A stretch of 64,000 bases of DNA from Deltaproteobacteria bacterium (GTDB taxonomy: Bacteria > Myxococcota_A > Polyangia > Polyangiales > Houyiibacteriaceae). Every line of letters begins with the position of its first letter. Position 1 is the stretch's first letter. The notes beneath the pieces were generated by a model that saw only the letters and a program-made list of their open reading frames with translations, made no database searches and was not told the origin of the DNA. The stretch covers positions 87,440 through 151,439 of the forward strand of contig JAXMNT010000014.1 of assembly GCA_034670305.1 (NCBI GenBank), written 5' to 3'. Made by a program: the position numbers and the translations under genes. Shown piece after piece: positions 35,951 through 46,254 of this stretch.

Positions 35951-38352
35951 CTGGCGGAGAGGCTCACGTTCAAGGGGATGCTGCCGCCGTCGGTGACCGT
36001 GACCATGCGGGTCATCGGTACGAACCCCTCGGCGGAGACTTCCACTTCCCAGGTGCCCGCGGGCACGCCCATGAAATTGTAGTTGCCGGTGCCGTTCGTG
36101 AGCTGGTCGGACACGATGCCGCGGTTGATGCGCACCCGCGCGCCGGAGATGGCCGCACCACCCGCCGCGTTGACGACCTGACCGACCACACCCCCTGCGC
36201 CCGGGTCGTCGCCGATGCGTACCTGCCGGTGTCCGCCAAGACGGGTGAGGTACCCGCGCGTGTCGATCGCGACGACGTGCAGGACCCAGAGGCCGTCGGC
36301 CAGACCGCTGCGCAAGAGTGTGGTCTGCGTCACGGGCAGGTAGGTGTCGGCCGCGGTCGGCACGGTGTCGCCGTAGTGATCGAGCACGTAGTAGAACCCG
36401 GTGTAGTTCTCGGGACCGTTGGGCGTCGTCCACGCGAAGAACGCGTCGCGGTTGGCAGACCACGCGGTCTCGGACGGATGGCTCGACGAGCTCATGCCGG
36501 GCGGCGCAGTGTTCAGCCGGATTCGAAAGCCGGTCTCGACGGTGCCGACCATCGAACTGGGATCGACCGACGCGACGTGGAAGTAGTTGTCGCCGGACAC
36601 GAGCTCGTCGCGGTCGACGCTCACGGTGTCGGTGCTCGCGAACGTGCCGATCGCCGGCGTCGGCACCCGGTGCTGTTCGTTGCTCAGCAGCCAGTAGTAG
36701 CCGAGGCGTCCGGGGAACGCGCGGTCCCAGGCCACCGTGACGAAGGGGAAGTCGTCGTTGTAGTAGAGGTCCGAATCGGGATGGGTGCTCGAGCTCGGGT
36801 CGAGCGGCGGCAGGAGGCCTTGGGTTTCCACTGCACCGGCCAGCGTGCCGGTCACCGACCGGGACTCGCCGGAGAGGATCTTGATCCGGCCCTGTCCACC
36901 GGTGCCCCCGTACGTGCCGGAACTGATGCCGGCGCCAGCCGCGCTCACCGAACCACTGACCTCCACGATGTTGGCCGCGAGCAAGACGCCGCCCCCCGCG
37001 CCGCCTCCGGTGGAGAGCCCGCTCGAGCCCTCTGCGCGAACACCCGGCACACCATCCGCGGTGATCTGCCCCGACACGTCGATGGTGCCCGTGGCGATCA
37101 ACCGAAGCCGGCCACCGCCCGGTGAACGAGGCGACGTGCTTCCGCGCACATCGCCGCCCGGACCGCCTTGGGCGACGGCGGAGTCTTGGGCGGAGCCGAA
37201 CGGGCGCCCACCGCTGCTGCACGCGCGTCCACTGCTGCCGATCGGTCCCCGCGTCCCCGCGGTGCCGTACCCACCCCCGGTGCCGCCGTGGAATCCGCCC
37301 GTGCAGAACTGGCCTTGTTCGCCCATGCCGTCCGGCCCGAGCCCGGACGCGCTGACCCCAATGGATGCGCCGCTCTCGACCGTGATGCTGCCGGCGCGAA
37401 TGGTCAGGTCGCCCAGAGAGGAACTGAGCGTGACGCCGCTGCGCACGAGCACGTCCCCGTCGACGTAGATCTCGCCGTTCAGATCCATGTTGGTCGCGAT
37501 GTCGAGCCCGTCCAGCGCGCAGGTCCCGTAGGCGCAGAAGGTGCCGCAGGTTTCCGTCGCGCTCCACGACGCGCCGCCCGCGTCGCAGGTCTCGACCATG
37601 TCGCCATTGCAGCGCCGGTCGCCGGGTTCGCACGCGCCGGTGCAGAGCCCGGCCGCGCAGCCCGTGCCGCAGGTGCGCACGTGCAGCCATGCGGTGCCAG
37701 CGCTGTTGCACGCCTCGGACACGCTGCCGTTGCAGCGGTATTCGCTCGGGGTGCAGGTGACTTCGGTCACGCACTCCCCCGCCGCGCAATCGATCGCGCA
37801 GGCCTCGTCGAAGACGAAGGTGCCGCCACTGCAGACCTCGGCCGTGCTCCCCACGCAGCGGCGTGCGGTCCCAGTGCAGGTGTCGCCGCCGCCGTCCACA
37901 CCGCCGCCGTCCACGCCGCCGCCGTCCACGCCGCCGCCGTCCACGCCGCCGCCGTCCACGCCGCCGCCGTCCACGCCGCCGCCGTCCACGCCGCCGCCGT
38001 CCACGCCGCCGCCGTCCACGCCGCCGCCGTCCACGCCGCCGCCGTCCACGCCGCCGCCGTCCACGCCGCCGCCGTCCACGCCGCCGCCGTCGGTGTCACC
38101 CACGCATCCCATGCCGACCTGGCAGGTGAGCTCTCCACCACAGACGGCGTCGACCGGCGTCCAGTTGCAGAAGCTGTCCACCCCGCAGGTGTCGACCGTG
38201 CACTCGAAGCCATCGTCGCAGTGCGCATCGGTCGTGCACGGCTCCCGATCCGGCGGCACGTCGTCGTCGCCACACGCGATCAGAAGCACGCCGGCCAACA
38301 GGGTGGAGGCGACACGGGGAAGACGGGAGAGAAGTGGCAGAAACCGGTTCAT
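35947..38352 (-). CDS. Cys/Gly-rich lipoprotein with VDGGG linker and C-terminal carboxypeptidase-regulatory-like domain
   Basis: LIAC lipobox; Cys repeats; duplicated SSSHP modules; ISGARV..TNGTGNYNF.GVPAGTW. Confidence 0.85.
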   Translation of the reverse strand: MNRFLPLLSRLPRVASTLLAGVLLIACGDDDVPPDREPCTTDAHCDDGFECTVDTCGVDSFCNWTPVDAVCGGELTCQVGMGCVGDTDGGGVDGGGVDGGGVDGGGVDGGGVDGGGVDGGGVDGGGVDGGGVDGGGVDGGGVDGGGVDGGGVDGGGDTCTGTARRCVGSTAEVCSGGTFVFDEACAIDCAAGECVTEVTCTPSEYRCNGSVSEACNSAGTAWLHVRTCGTGCAAGLCTGACEPGDRRCNGDMVETCDAGGASWSATETCGTFCAYGTCALDGLDIATNMDLNGEIYVDGDVLVRSGVTLSSSLGDLTIRAGSITVESGASIGVSASGLGPDGMGEQGQFCTGGFHGGTGGGYGTAGTRGPIGSSGRACSSGGRPFGSAQDSAVAQGGPGGDVRGSTSPRSPGGGRLRLIATGTIDVSGQITADGVPGVRAEGSSGLSTGGGAGGGVLLAANIVEVSGSVSAAGAGISSGTYGGTGGQGRIKILSGESRSVTGTLAGAVETQGLLPPLDPSSSTHPDSDLYYNDDFPFVTVAWDRAFPGRLGYYWLLSNEQHRVPTPAIGTFASTDTVSVDRDELVSGDNYFHVASVDPSSMVGTVETGFRIRLNTAPPGMSSSSHPSETAWSANRDAFFAWTTPNGPENYTGFYYVLDHYGDTVPTAADTYLPVTQTTLLRSGLADGLWVLHVVAIDTRGYLTRLGGHRQVRIGDDPGAGGVVGQVVNAAGGAAISGARVRINRGIVSDQLTNGTGNYNFMGVPAGTWEVEVSAEGFVPMTRMVTVTDGGSIPLNVSLSAS
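37885..38090. repeat. 15-bp coding VNTR (about 13-14 copies, encodes VDGGG)
   Basis: (CCGCCGCCGTCCACG)n nearly perfect. Confidence 0.95.
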
Positions 38353-38509
38353 GGATGGGTCCTCGGGGCGGGGCGCGGGTCCGAGAAGGGACCCCGACGT
38401 GGCGTCATACGACCGCAGCCGCGTCTTCATACCCTGGGCGGAGTCGGCGGGGTAGAGGCGGCAGCGGCAGCGACAGAACCAGCGACAGCTTCAACGGCAG
38501 CGCGGCTTC

Positions 38510-39364
38510 TTACTCGAGCAGCACGCAGCGGAGCGGGCTCGAGGATTCCTGCAACAGATCGCGGACCATCTCGGTCACCCGGAAGGCTTTGTCCGGGGGG
38601 AAGTGGGTGCGGTCGTCCGGCATCGCGTAGAGGCGCAGCGTCTCCTCTTCGCCGAGCGCCGTGAAGGTCTCGTAGCTGCGTTGTTCGAGGTCCAGCAAGG
38701 TCAGGTCGTGGTCGCTGGCGACCCGCCGCACCGCATGGGCGTAGTCGCCGTGGGTGCGCGAGATCTCGTCGCCAGAGAAGACCATGCGGCTGACCGGCGT
38801 CATGAGGATGGGCGTCGCGCCGGCGGCTTCGATCTCCGAGATGTAGGTCTCCAGATAGTCGCGAAAGGTCCCGAGAAACTCTGGTGCGTCGCCGGGCTCG
38901 GTGCGGCGGTAGGCCTCCGGCTTCGAATCGTTGTGCCCGAACTGGATGAGGACATAGTCGCCGGGCACGAGCGCGCTCCGAACCGCGTCGAACGCGCCTT
39001 CGTCGTAGAAGGACTTGCTGCTGCGGCCCGAGCGGGCGGCGTTGGTGACCGAGACCGCCGCATCGACGTAGTCCTCGAGGAAGTCCCCCCACCCCGATCC
39101 ACTGGCCACGGTCGAGTCGCCGATCAGGTGGACCGAGGGCGCTTCGACCGCTTCGCACTCGTCCACCGCCGCGTCCTCTCCCGCATCGTCGCCGCCCGAG
39201 TCCGGCGCGCCCGCATCCCCAGCCGCCGCATCGTCGGCGCCCGCGTCCTGCGCATCCACGACCGAACCATCGCGCGCCACCGCATCCACCGACGCGTCCG
39301 CAGCCTCGCCGCCATCGCCGCATCCGATCGCCATCACCAGAACGAAACCTAGCCAAGTCTTCAC
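38510..39364 (-). CDS. SGNH/GDSL esterase lipoprotein (rhamnogalacturonan acetylesterase-like)
   Basis: IGDSTVA, NAARSGRSSKSF, IQFGHND, DRTHF. Confidence 0.9.
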   Translation of the reverse strand: MKTWLGFVLVMAIGCGDGGEAADASVDAVARDGSVVDAQDAGADDAAAGDAGAPDSGGDDAGEDAAVDECEAVEAPSVHLIGDSTVASGSGWGDFLEDYVDAAVSVTNAARSGRSSKSFYDEGAFDAVRSALVPGDYVLIQFGHNDSKPEAYRRTEPGDAPEFLGTFRDYLETYISEIEAAGATPILMTPVSRMVFSGDEISRTHGDYAHAVRRVASDHDLTLLDLEQRSYETFTALGEEETLRLYAMPDDRTHFPPDKAFRVTEMVRDLLQESSSPLRCVLLE

Positions 39365-39479
39365 GCCCAACGCCTTCCAGGTTCGAGTACAGGCGCAGCT
39401 TCTCACAGCTTCGACGGCGCCTCCGCCGAATCGGCAACCGGCTCGCGTGGGCTGCGCCGCTCTGCTAGGCGGTGCGGCC

Positions 39480-39983
39480 ATGAGCCAGACCATCAGCGAC
39501 AAAAAGGTCGTCACGATCGACTACGTCCTCCGCAACGCCGCCGGCGAGGAACTCGACAAGTCGGATCCGGACGCCCCGATGCTCTACCTCCACGGTGGGC
39601 ACAACATCGTCCCCGGCCTCGAGCGCCAGCTCGTGGGCAAGACCATTGGCGACGAAGTCGTTGCGGTGGTCCCTCCGGCCGAGGGCTACGGCGAACCCGA
39701 CCCGCGCCTCAAGCCGATGCGCGTGCCGAAGTCGTCCTTCCCGAAGGACGCCGCCCTCCGCAAGGGCATGCAGTTCATGACCAAGACCGAGCAGGGCATG
39801 GTCCCGCTCTGGGTGATCAAGGTGCAGGGCCCGACGGTCATCGTCAGCGGCGAACACCCCCTCACCGGCGTCGAGCTCCACTTCACCGTGAAGGTCATCG
39901 ACATTCGCGACGCCACCGAAGTCGAGCTCGCCCACGGGCACGTCCACGGCCCCGGCGGCCACCACCACGGCGAAGAAGAGTAG
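39480..39983 (+). CDS. slyD: SlyD-like FKBP peptidyl-prolyl isomerase
   Basis: YLHGGHNIVPGLE, PAEGYG, HPLTG.ELHF.VKV..IRDAT..ELAHGHVHG, His tail. Confidence 0.92.
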   Translation: MSQTISDKKVVTIDYVLRNAAGEELDKSDPDAPMLYLHGGHNIVPGLERQLVGKTIGDEVVAVVPPAEGYGEPDPRLKPMRVPKSSFPKDAALRKGMQFMTKTEQGMVPLWVIKVQGPTVIVSGEHPLTGVELHFTVKVIDIRDATEVELAHGHVHGPGGHHHGEEE

Positions 39984-40412
39984 CGAGCACGTGCAGGTGC
40001 CCAGGTGGGGAGGAGGCCGAAGGCCGGAGGGGGAATCCTTCCCCCTCAGAAAAGACGGGCGCGACTTAGGGCCGCCAGTCTCGCGAAGCGGGCCAGGCCT
40101 CGAACAGCGCCAAAGGTCAGGCGGCTCAGAGTCGTGCACCTGCGCAGGCCGTAGGCCGAGCAACTGGTGCACTCCCCAAGTGATCACAGAGCGCCGAACC
40201 GACCCGGTGCAGCCGAGCGAAGCGAGCCAGCCGTGTCACCGGGACGGGGTTTGGGGGCCGTGCCCCCAAGCAAAAGGAGCGCCTGGACGCGCGCAGCCGC
40301 CAATCACATCAAGCGGTTCTCCAATGGACCCATCGAATGGCGGCGAGCACGTGCAGGCAGCGACGGGCGCGACTTAGGGCCGCCAGTCCCGCGAAGCGGG
40401 CCAGGCCCGTAG
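39984..40412. repeat. Composite REP-like palindromic intergenic element
   Basis: Modules shared with 16515-16567, 21761-21827, 44440-44592, 46255-46565, 48134-48480, 62718-63063. Confidence 0.85.
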
Positions 40413-40423
40413 TGCAGAAGAAA

Positions 40424-42217
40424 TCAGAGATCGAGCGCGCGCAGGCGGGCGTACCAGTCTTGGTGCAGCTCGACCTCTTCGGCTTCGAGCGAGACGATCG
40501 CGCGGGTCGCCGCGTCGACGGTTCGCACGCCTTCCGCGACGCTCTGACCGAGCTGCCGGCGGAGCGGCGCGTTGCCCGGCACGTCGCGCAAGGCGCCGAG
40601 CGCGTCGCGGCGTTGATCGAGGGCGCGGCGCTGCACGGTGAGGTCCCGGTCGTGTTGCACCCGTTCGCGCACCATCTCGTGAAGTCGATCGACGATGGTC
40701 CGAAGCGGCGCGACGTCTCCGCCGCGCGCTTCGATGAGCTCGAGCAGTGCCGGCACGAACGCGTGCTTCGGTTCCGACCCGAGGTCGACGGTGCGGGTCT
40801 CGGGCTGAACCAAACGCACACTGGCTTCGGCACCTTCGACCGGTACGAAGTAGCCGGCGCCGGTGACGATCACATCGCCCGCAAGACCCTCGGGTTCGAA
40901 GCCGGCTTCTTTGGGCGCGAACACGTACAAACGGTCGCCCTCGGTGCGGCGGCCCGTCACTTTGTAGCGGTGCTCCACGACGCGCCGCAGCCGAACCCGC
41001 AGCTGTCCGCCGGTCACCGAGAGCCCGCGGATCTCGTCCTGGCGTTGCACGCGGCTCGCTTCGATGCCGACCGAGGGGTTCATCGCGTAGGCGACGAACG
41101 CATGTGCGTTCGCGGGAATGGCCGCGGTGACGCCATCGCCCTGAAAGCTCCCGTCCGCGTAGACCGTGACCGGTCCGGTGAGGAGCGGTGACTCGAGCGG
41201 GTTCTGGAACATCACCGCGTGGTACGGGTGGCGGTGGCTCGAGCCGGGCGTGCCGTTGCGGACCGGGGCCGGCTTGAAGAGCAACACGCGGCGGCCGGTC
41301 GTCTGGGTGTCCACGAAGGGCACGAGGCCCGACTCGCCGGCGCCGAGCGTGAGCCGCTCCGGCGTCTCGAGCGTGAAGCCATCCGCCGGGTCGCGGTCGT
41401 CGATCGCAGAGATCGCGTGGGTGGTCTGCGGTTCGGCGACCGGCTGCGCCTGAGGCGCCGCTTGCAGGTTCAAGTCGACCTCGGCCGCGTTGCGCTGGTT
41501 CATGCGTTGCCCAGCGCGCTGCGAGATCTCGTTGCCGATCGTGTTCGCTTGTCCGTACGCGTTCTGCACCGTGCCGGTGGGCACCGGAATCGCCGCGGTG
41601 AGTTCGGGCGCGAGCACCAGGCGGCCGTCGCTGTTGAGGGTCGGTCGCTGCGCCACCCGCGCGGTGCCGACCTCGTACCGGAACGCGAGCGGCACTTCCG
41701 TGGAGAGCGCGAGGCGCACGCCGGTCCAGTCTTCGCCCGAGGGGTTGTCGACGACCGCGAGCCCTTGCAAGCGGACGTTGCCGTCGCCGGTGTCGATGAC
41801 GCGGTAGGTCGGCCGCCAGCCGGACGCTTCCGCCACGTAGGCGATGGAGAGGTCGCGCGAGCCTTCCCCGCTCAAGCCGATGCGCAGCCGCGCGCCGTCT
41901 CCGTCTTCGAGGACCCGCACGCCGGTGATGGCGCCGCCGTCGTGGTCGACGACCGAGAGGCTCTTGAGCACGTCGTGAATGCCGGCGGTGGCGGTGCGGA
42001 GATCGATGGTGGACTCCTCGACCTCGCCGCGGCGTTCGATGTACGCCATGCCGTTCTGGAACAGCACGACCCGCTCGACCGGCAGTGGTTCGCTGGTCTG
42101 CATGGTGGGGGTCTGTCGCGCGCCGCACGCCGGCACGAGGAACAGAACAGCCAAACCAGCGCTCGTCAGCACACCCAGCGTGACCATCGTCGTCACTCGA
42201 AACTTCGTCTTCGTCAT
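40424..42217 (-). CDS. DUF4139-like lipoprotein
   Basis: VPAC lipobox; RVVLFQNGMAYIER, WRPTYR, VVDNPSGEDWTGVRLAL; C-terminal coiled coil. Confidence 0.8.
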   Translation of the reverse strand: MTKTKFRVTTMVTLGVLTSAGLAVLFLVPACGARQTPTMQTSEPLPVERVVLFQNGMAYIERRGEVEESTIDLRTATAGIHDVLKSLSVVDHDGGAITGVRVLEDGDGARLRIGLSGEGSRDLSIAYVAEASGWRPTYRVIDTGDGNVRLQGLAVVDNPSGEDWTGVRLALSTEVPLAFRYEVGTARVAQRPTLNSDGRLVLAPELTAAIPVPTGTVQNAYGQANTIGNEISQRAGQRMNQRNAAEVDLNLQAAPQAQPVAEPQTTHAISAIDDRDPADGFTLETPERLTLGAGESGLVPFVDTQTTGRRVLLFKPAPVRNGTPGSSHRHPYHAVMFQNPLESPLLTGPVTVYADGSFQGDGVTAAIPANAHAFVAYAMNPSVGIEASRVQRQDEIRGLSVTGGQLRVRLRRVVEHRYKVTGRRTEGDRLYVFAPKEAGFEPEGLAGDVIVTGAGYFVPVEGAEASVRLVQPETRTVDLGSEPKHAFVPALLELIEARGGDVAPLRTIVDRLHEMVRERVQHDRDLTVQRRALDQRRDALGALRDVPGNAPLRRQLGQSVAEGVRTVDAATRAIVSLEAEEVELHQDWYARLRALDL

Positions 42218-42275
42218 CGTTCGCCTCCAGTCCACAGCCTGAAGCCAAACGCACGACGCCGACGTAAAGCTCAGG

Positions 42276-43430
42276 TCAAAGCGTGGACGACTCGCCCACT
42301 GGGTGGCGAAACACCTCTTGCAGGATGGCGGCGGCGGGTTTGCCGCGGGGCGAAAAGCCGCCGGGACCTTCTTCGCCGGTGTCTGGATCGGTGAACCACT
42401 TCCAGAGGTAGACCCCGCGGATGTTCGGACGCGCCGCCACGCCCGCGAAGAACACCCGGTAGGCGGTGGCCTGGGCGATCGGATCCACCTGCGCGTCCGG
42501 TCGGTGTTCGGTCCACTCGTACGGACGCACCGCGCAGCCGGCCACCGACTTGTATCCGACCTCGGTGATCAGCACCGGCCGCTGCACGCGTTCGCTCAAC
42601 GCATCGAGCTGGTCGAGCGCGACCGAGAGACGCGCCTGCATGGAGGCTTCGTCGGCGTGTTCGTCGTCGGCGAGCGATGGGTAGAACTGGACCCCGACGT
42701 AGTCGAGCGCATCCCAGAACGGCACGTCGTCCGACGCGTCCCAGTTCGCCGCGTAGACGAGCTCCCCTTGGTACACCGCGCGGACCCGCGCGATGAGGCG
42801 GCGCCACGACGCGGTCTCGGTGAGCGAAGACCGCAGCTCGGTGCCGACCACCAACACTTCCACGCCCGTCTCCTGCGCCATGCGTGCGTAGTCGAGCAGG
42901 AAGGGTTCGTACGTCTCGAAGAACGCCTCCCATCCGGCCGCCGGCGCGAGCTCGGCGCGCCAGGCGCCGCCTCGGATCCAGAGGTGCGGCTTGAGCATCA
43001 CCTTCAACGAACGGGCATGCGCGTCCTCGATGACCCGCCTCATTCGCTCGTGGGTCTCGCCCGCCGCACCCGCCGTGCGCACCGAGCGGACCTCGTGGCT
43101 CTCGAGGGAGCTCATGAAACCGAACGGCGTCACGCTGACCCAGTTCGCGCCGAGCCCGCGCACCTCTTCCAACTGCGCGCGCGACGCGTCGCTGCCGTAG
43201 CCATGTGCGCCGCCCGACTGGTAGCTGTGCGCAAAGCAGACGCCGCGGTGCACGTTGGGCCCGAGCGCCGGCAGACGTTCCATGCGAACGGCAGGTGACT
43301 CCGCGGCGGTACTCGGGGTGGTCTGCGCAGTGGACGGCTCGGTACGCTCGGAGCTGCCGCACGCCACCAGCGCGGACACCAGGAGCCATCGGTGCGCGCC
43401 TCGAGAACCGCGGTGTGCCCCTACCGTCAA
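42276..43430 (-). CDS. TIM-barrel glycoside hydrolase (GH113-like) lipoprotein
   Basis: LVAC; VMLKPHLW, GTEL, YAANWD, FWDALDYVGV, ITEVGY, WKW. Confidence 0.82.
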   Translation of the reverse strand: MTVGAHRGSRGAHRWLLVSALVACGSSERTEPSTAQTTPSTAAESPAVRMERLPALGPNVHRGVCFAHSYQSGGAHGYGSDASRAQLEEVRGLGANWVSVTPFGFMSSLESHEVRSVRTAGAAGETHERMRRVIEDAHARSLKVMLKPHLWIRGGAWRAELAPAAGWEAFFETYEPFLLDYARMAQETGVEVLVVGTELRSSLTETASWRRLIARVRAVYQGELVYAANWDASDDVPFWDALDYVGVQFYPSLADDEHADEASMQARLSVALDQLDALSERVQRPVLITEVGYKSVAGCAVRPYEWTEHRPDAQVDPIAQATAYRVFFAGVAARPNIRGVYLWKWFTDPDTGEEGPGGFSPRGKPAAAILQEVFRHPVGESSTL

Positions 43431-44389
43431 GGCGTGCGCGGCGGAGGGACCCGCACGTCGATGTGGTACTCGGCCCGCAGCGCTTCGAGCGGCGTCGCGA
43501 AGTGATCCCAGGGATCCCACCCGTCTGAGAGATCCCGCGTGCAGCGGGTGCCGCGCACGAACGCTTCGAGCATCGTGGCGGGTTTCATCTGCATCTTCTC
43601 GACGCCCGCGATGGGGGAGATCTGCAGCCCCAAGTGAAACTGACAGAGGACGAAGAGCAGCGAGAAGAACGGATCGTACGACTGGAAACCCGCCTGGTAC
43701 GACGCCGCGAGCACTTCCTCTTCCGGCGTGGTGTCGTAGCCAGCGAGCACATGCACACAATCGTGAAACGCGATGGGCTCCGGCGCGCCGAACGCCTCGC
43801 CCGGCATCGAGAACTCGTTGGCGCGAATGAACTCCGCATACGCGCGGCCGAGCGTGCCCGCCGGGTAGGTCTCGAGGCTGCGGTACCTATCGGCGAGCGC
43901 TTTGACCTCGGTGCCCCGAAACGTCCGGGCGATCTCGACCATGCCGCGCACGCCTTTGTCGGCGAAGTGTTGCCCCACCCGTTTGCCAATGAACGAGCGG
44001 CGCACGATGTCGATGCGCAGCGTCTGCAAACGACCGTGCAAGATCCGCGAGAAGTCGTGAAGCGGCGCGGCGTCGAGATCGAGCGCCAGCGCGAACGAGG
44101 CCAGAAGCGCTTCTTCCTCCGCGCTGGCCTCCGCGTCGGTGAGCGCCATCAGGGTGCACCCGCGCAAGATGCGCTCTCGGAACTCGCCGGCCGGCACCAG
44201 GGCGGCCAGCTCTCCGGGCGTGATCGGTTCGAGTGCGTCTACGTCGAACGAGGTGTGCAGCAGGATCGACTGCACCGACTTCAAGAGATCGCGCTCGAGC
44301 GGATGCACGATGCCGTCGGCAGCCGCGATGGTGGAGAGCGCGCGCAAGCCAGCATGCGCCACTTCGGAAGGCGGGATGGAGAGTTCCAT
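43427..44389 (-). CDS. TerB-like N-terminus + Coq4-like C-terminus protein
   Basis: AAADGIVHPLE and LTDAEASAEE (TerB-like); PAGTLGRAY and HDCVHVLAGY..TPEEE (Coq4-like). Confidence 0.7.
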   Translation of the reverse strand: MELSIPPSEVAHAGLRALSTIAAADGIVHPLERDLLKSVQSILLHTSFDVDALEPITPGELAALVPAGEFRERILRGCTLMALTDAEASAEEEALLASFALALDLDAAPLHDFSRILHGRLQTLRIDIVRRSFIGKRVGQHFADKGVRGMVEIARTFRGTEVKALADRYRSLETYPAGTLGRAYAEFIRANEFSMPGEAFGAPEPIAFHDCVHVLAGYDTTPEEEVLAASYQAGFQSYDPFFSLLFVLCQFHLGLQISPIAGVEKMQMKPATMLEAFVRGTRCTRDLSDGWDPWDHFATPLEALRAEYHIDVRVPPPRTP

Positions 44390-44439
44390 CGGCCGCAGCA
44401 TACAGGTTCACGGCTCGGTGGCCGTGTCGGCTGGGCGCA

Positions 44440-44592
44440 GATATTCGACAGCGCGCAGCCTCGCGAAGCGAGCCAGCGGTGTCACCGGGACGGGGTTTGG
44501 GGGCTGTGCCCCCAAGGAATATTCGACAGCGCGCAGCCTCGCGAAGCGAGCCAGCGGTGTCGGGGCGGGGTTTGGGGGCTGTGCCACCAAGT
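44440..44592. repeat. Tandem duplicated ~75-bp REP-like unit
   Basis: ATATTCGACAGCGCGCAGCCTCGCGAAGCGAGCCAGCGGTGTC...GGGGTTTGGGGGCTGTGCC occurs twice. Confidence 0.88.
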
Positions 44593-44624
44593 AATATTGG
44601 AGGGCATCGAGACCACCCGGACGG

Positions 44625-44736
44625 AGCTCGGACGCGGTTAACAGAACTCACGTCTGATCCTCGATGGCGAGCACGAGGACGCACACGGGTACGTGCACGT
44701 GCACGTGTACGTGTACGTGCACGAAGGCCGGGCCTA
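44625..44736. repeat. Dispersed repeat, second copy at 55489-55578
   Basis: AGCTCGGACGCG(G/A)TTAACAGAACTCACGTCTGATCC...GCACGAAGGCCGGGCCTA. Confidence 0.88.
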
Positions 44737-44905
44737 CGGCCCGTTCAGCAGACATTCGGCACGCCAATGTGTGCCAGGTCTGGCCAACCGGAAGTGAACC
44801 CAATAAAATCAGCAAGTTGCATCCGAGCCAGGGCGCGCCATTTTTTCTGACGGATGTCGGTCCCGCGATCCACCAACCCCACAGCACATGCTTGGAGGTC
44901 GACTG

Positions 44906-46147
44906 ATGAAATGGATTTCTTGGACGCAGATGGCGTTCGTGACGATGGCCCTCTTGGGGGCGTGTACGAGCAGCCAGGTGAACCTCGGCGGCGACGACGG
45001 GGGCCGAGACGCGGCCACGTCCGACGCGGGACGCGCCGATGCGGGAGAGACGACTCCGTGCGGCGACAACAACTGCGTCGGCGGCGAGTATTGCTGCAAC
45101 GAGAGCTGCGGCATCTGCGCCGCACTCGGCAGTGGCTGCCCCGCGATCGTGTGTGAGCCAGAGCCCTTCATCTGCAACGGCGTGGTCTGTGAAGAAGGCG
45201 TCACGTCGTGTTGCGCCGGCTGCGGACCAGGCGAGTCCACCTGCGGTCCGAGTGACGGCTCCGAATGCCTGCCCCCGCCCTGTCCGCCACCAGAGACCTG
45301 TCCCGACGGCACCGAGTGCGGCGCCGATGGCATCTGCTGTCTCGCCAGCTGCGACGGCGACTACTCGTGCGGTTCGCCGGACGGACCGTCGTGCCCGCTG
45401 CTCGACTGCCCGCCTCCGCCCCGGTGCGAGGATGGGACCACCTGCGGCGCCGGTGAGCAGTGCTGCCCCGGATGCGCGGGTGAGTTCTGCGCCCCGATCG
45501 GTGGCTCGTGCCCGCGCCCGGCGTGCCCGCCTCCGCCCGATCGCTGCGAAGCGATGGATGCCCGCGGCGAAGGTCCCTGCGACGCCATCCTCGGCGTCGC
45601 GTTCGACGGAGAGTCCTGCGTGTACCTCAGCGGCTGCAGCTGCGTCGGCGACCACTGCCCTTACGTGCACGACTCGGTCGAGGCGTGTGAGAGCGCCAAC
45701 TGGAACTGCGGCATCACGACCTGCATGGCCGACAAGGACTGCGCCGTGAGCGACTACTGCGACGAGTGCGCGACGAGCAGCTGTCCCGGATGCGAGGACT
45801 GCGTCGGCGCCTGCGTGCCGCACAGCTGCTTGACGGAGCCCGCCCCCACCTGCCGCGCCGAACGTCCTGACTGCGCCGACGGCGAGGTCGCCGTGGTCCG
45901 CGACGGTTGCTGGGAGTGCACCGAGCTCGCCCGCTGCGGGGTGCCTGGATGCGCCGCGATTCTCTGCGGACCGGGCACCACATGCCAAGAGTGCGACGGC
46001 GACGCCGCGTGTGTCCCGGATGGAGAGATGTGCCCGCCTCCGTCGGACCCCTGCGCTCTGATCGACTGTGAAGACGGACACACCTGCACCGTGTGCCGAC
46101 CCGGCGAAGGCGTCTGCCTCGCGCCCGACGAGGTCTGCGCCTTCTGA
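44906..46147 (+). CDS. Cys-rich lipoprotein
   Basis: GGAGG SD; LGAC lipobox; very high Cys, CCNESCGIC motif, possible Kunitz-like CDAILGVAFDGESC..SGC. Confidence 0.85.
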   Translation: MKWISWTQMAFVTMALLGACTSSQVNLGGDDGGRDAATSDAGRADAGETTPCGDNNCVGGEYCCNESCGICAALGSGCPAIVCEPEPFICNGVVCEEGVTSCCAGCGPGESTCGPSDGSECLPPPCPPPETCPDGTECGADGICCLASCDGDYSCGSPDGPSCPLLDCPPPPRCEDGTTCGAGEQCCPGCAGEFCAPIGGSCPRPACPPPPDRCEAMDARGEGPCDAILGVAFDGESCVYLSGCSCVGDHCPYVHDSVEACESANWNCGITTCMADKDCAVSDYCDECATSSCPGCEDCVGACVPHSCLTEPAPTCRAERPDCADGEVAVVRDGCWECTELARCGVPGCAAILCGPGTTCQECDGDAACVPDGEMCPPPSDPCALIDCEDGHTCTVCRPGEGVCLAPDEVCAF

Positions 46148-46254
46148 CCGATGCGGGCGGGCGCTGAGTCCGCCCCAGAGTTTCGCTGGATCTCATCCAA
46201 CCACCACCCCCGAGGGCGCCTGCAATCCTGCAGGCGCCCTCGACTAATTCTATT

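Noticed and set aside
37885-38090. Possible CRISPR array (also the hexamer tracts and REP clusters)
   Set aside because: No unique spacers of regular length and no cas genes
39991-40412. Small ORFs in repeat clusters (also 44233..44850, 48036..48356, 62397..63154)
   Set aside because: Shared peptide strings arise from the non-coding repeat modules
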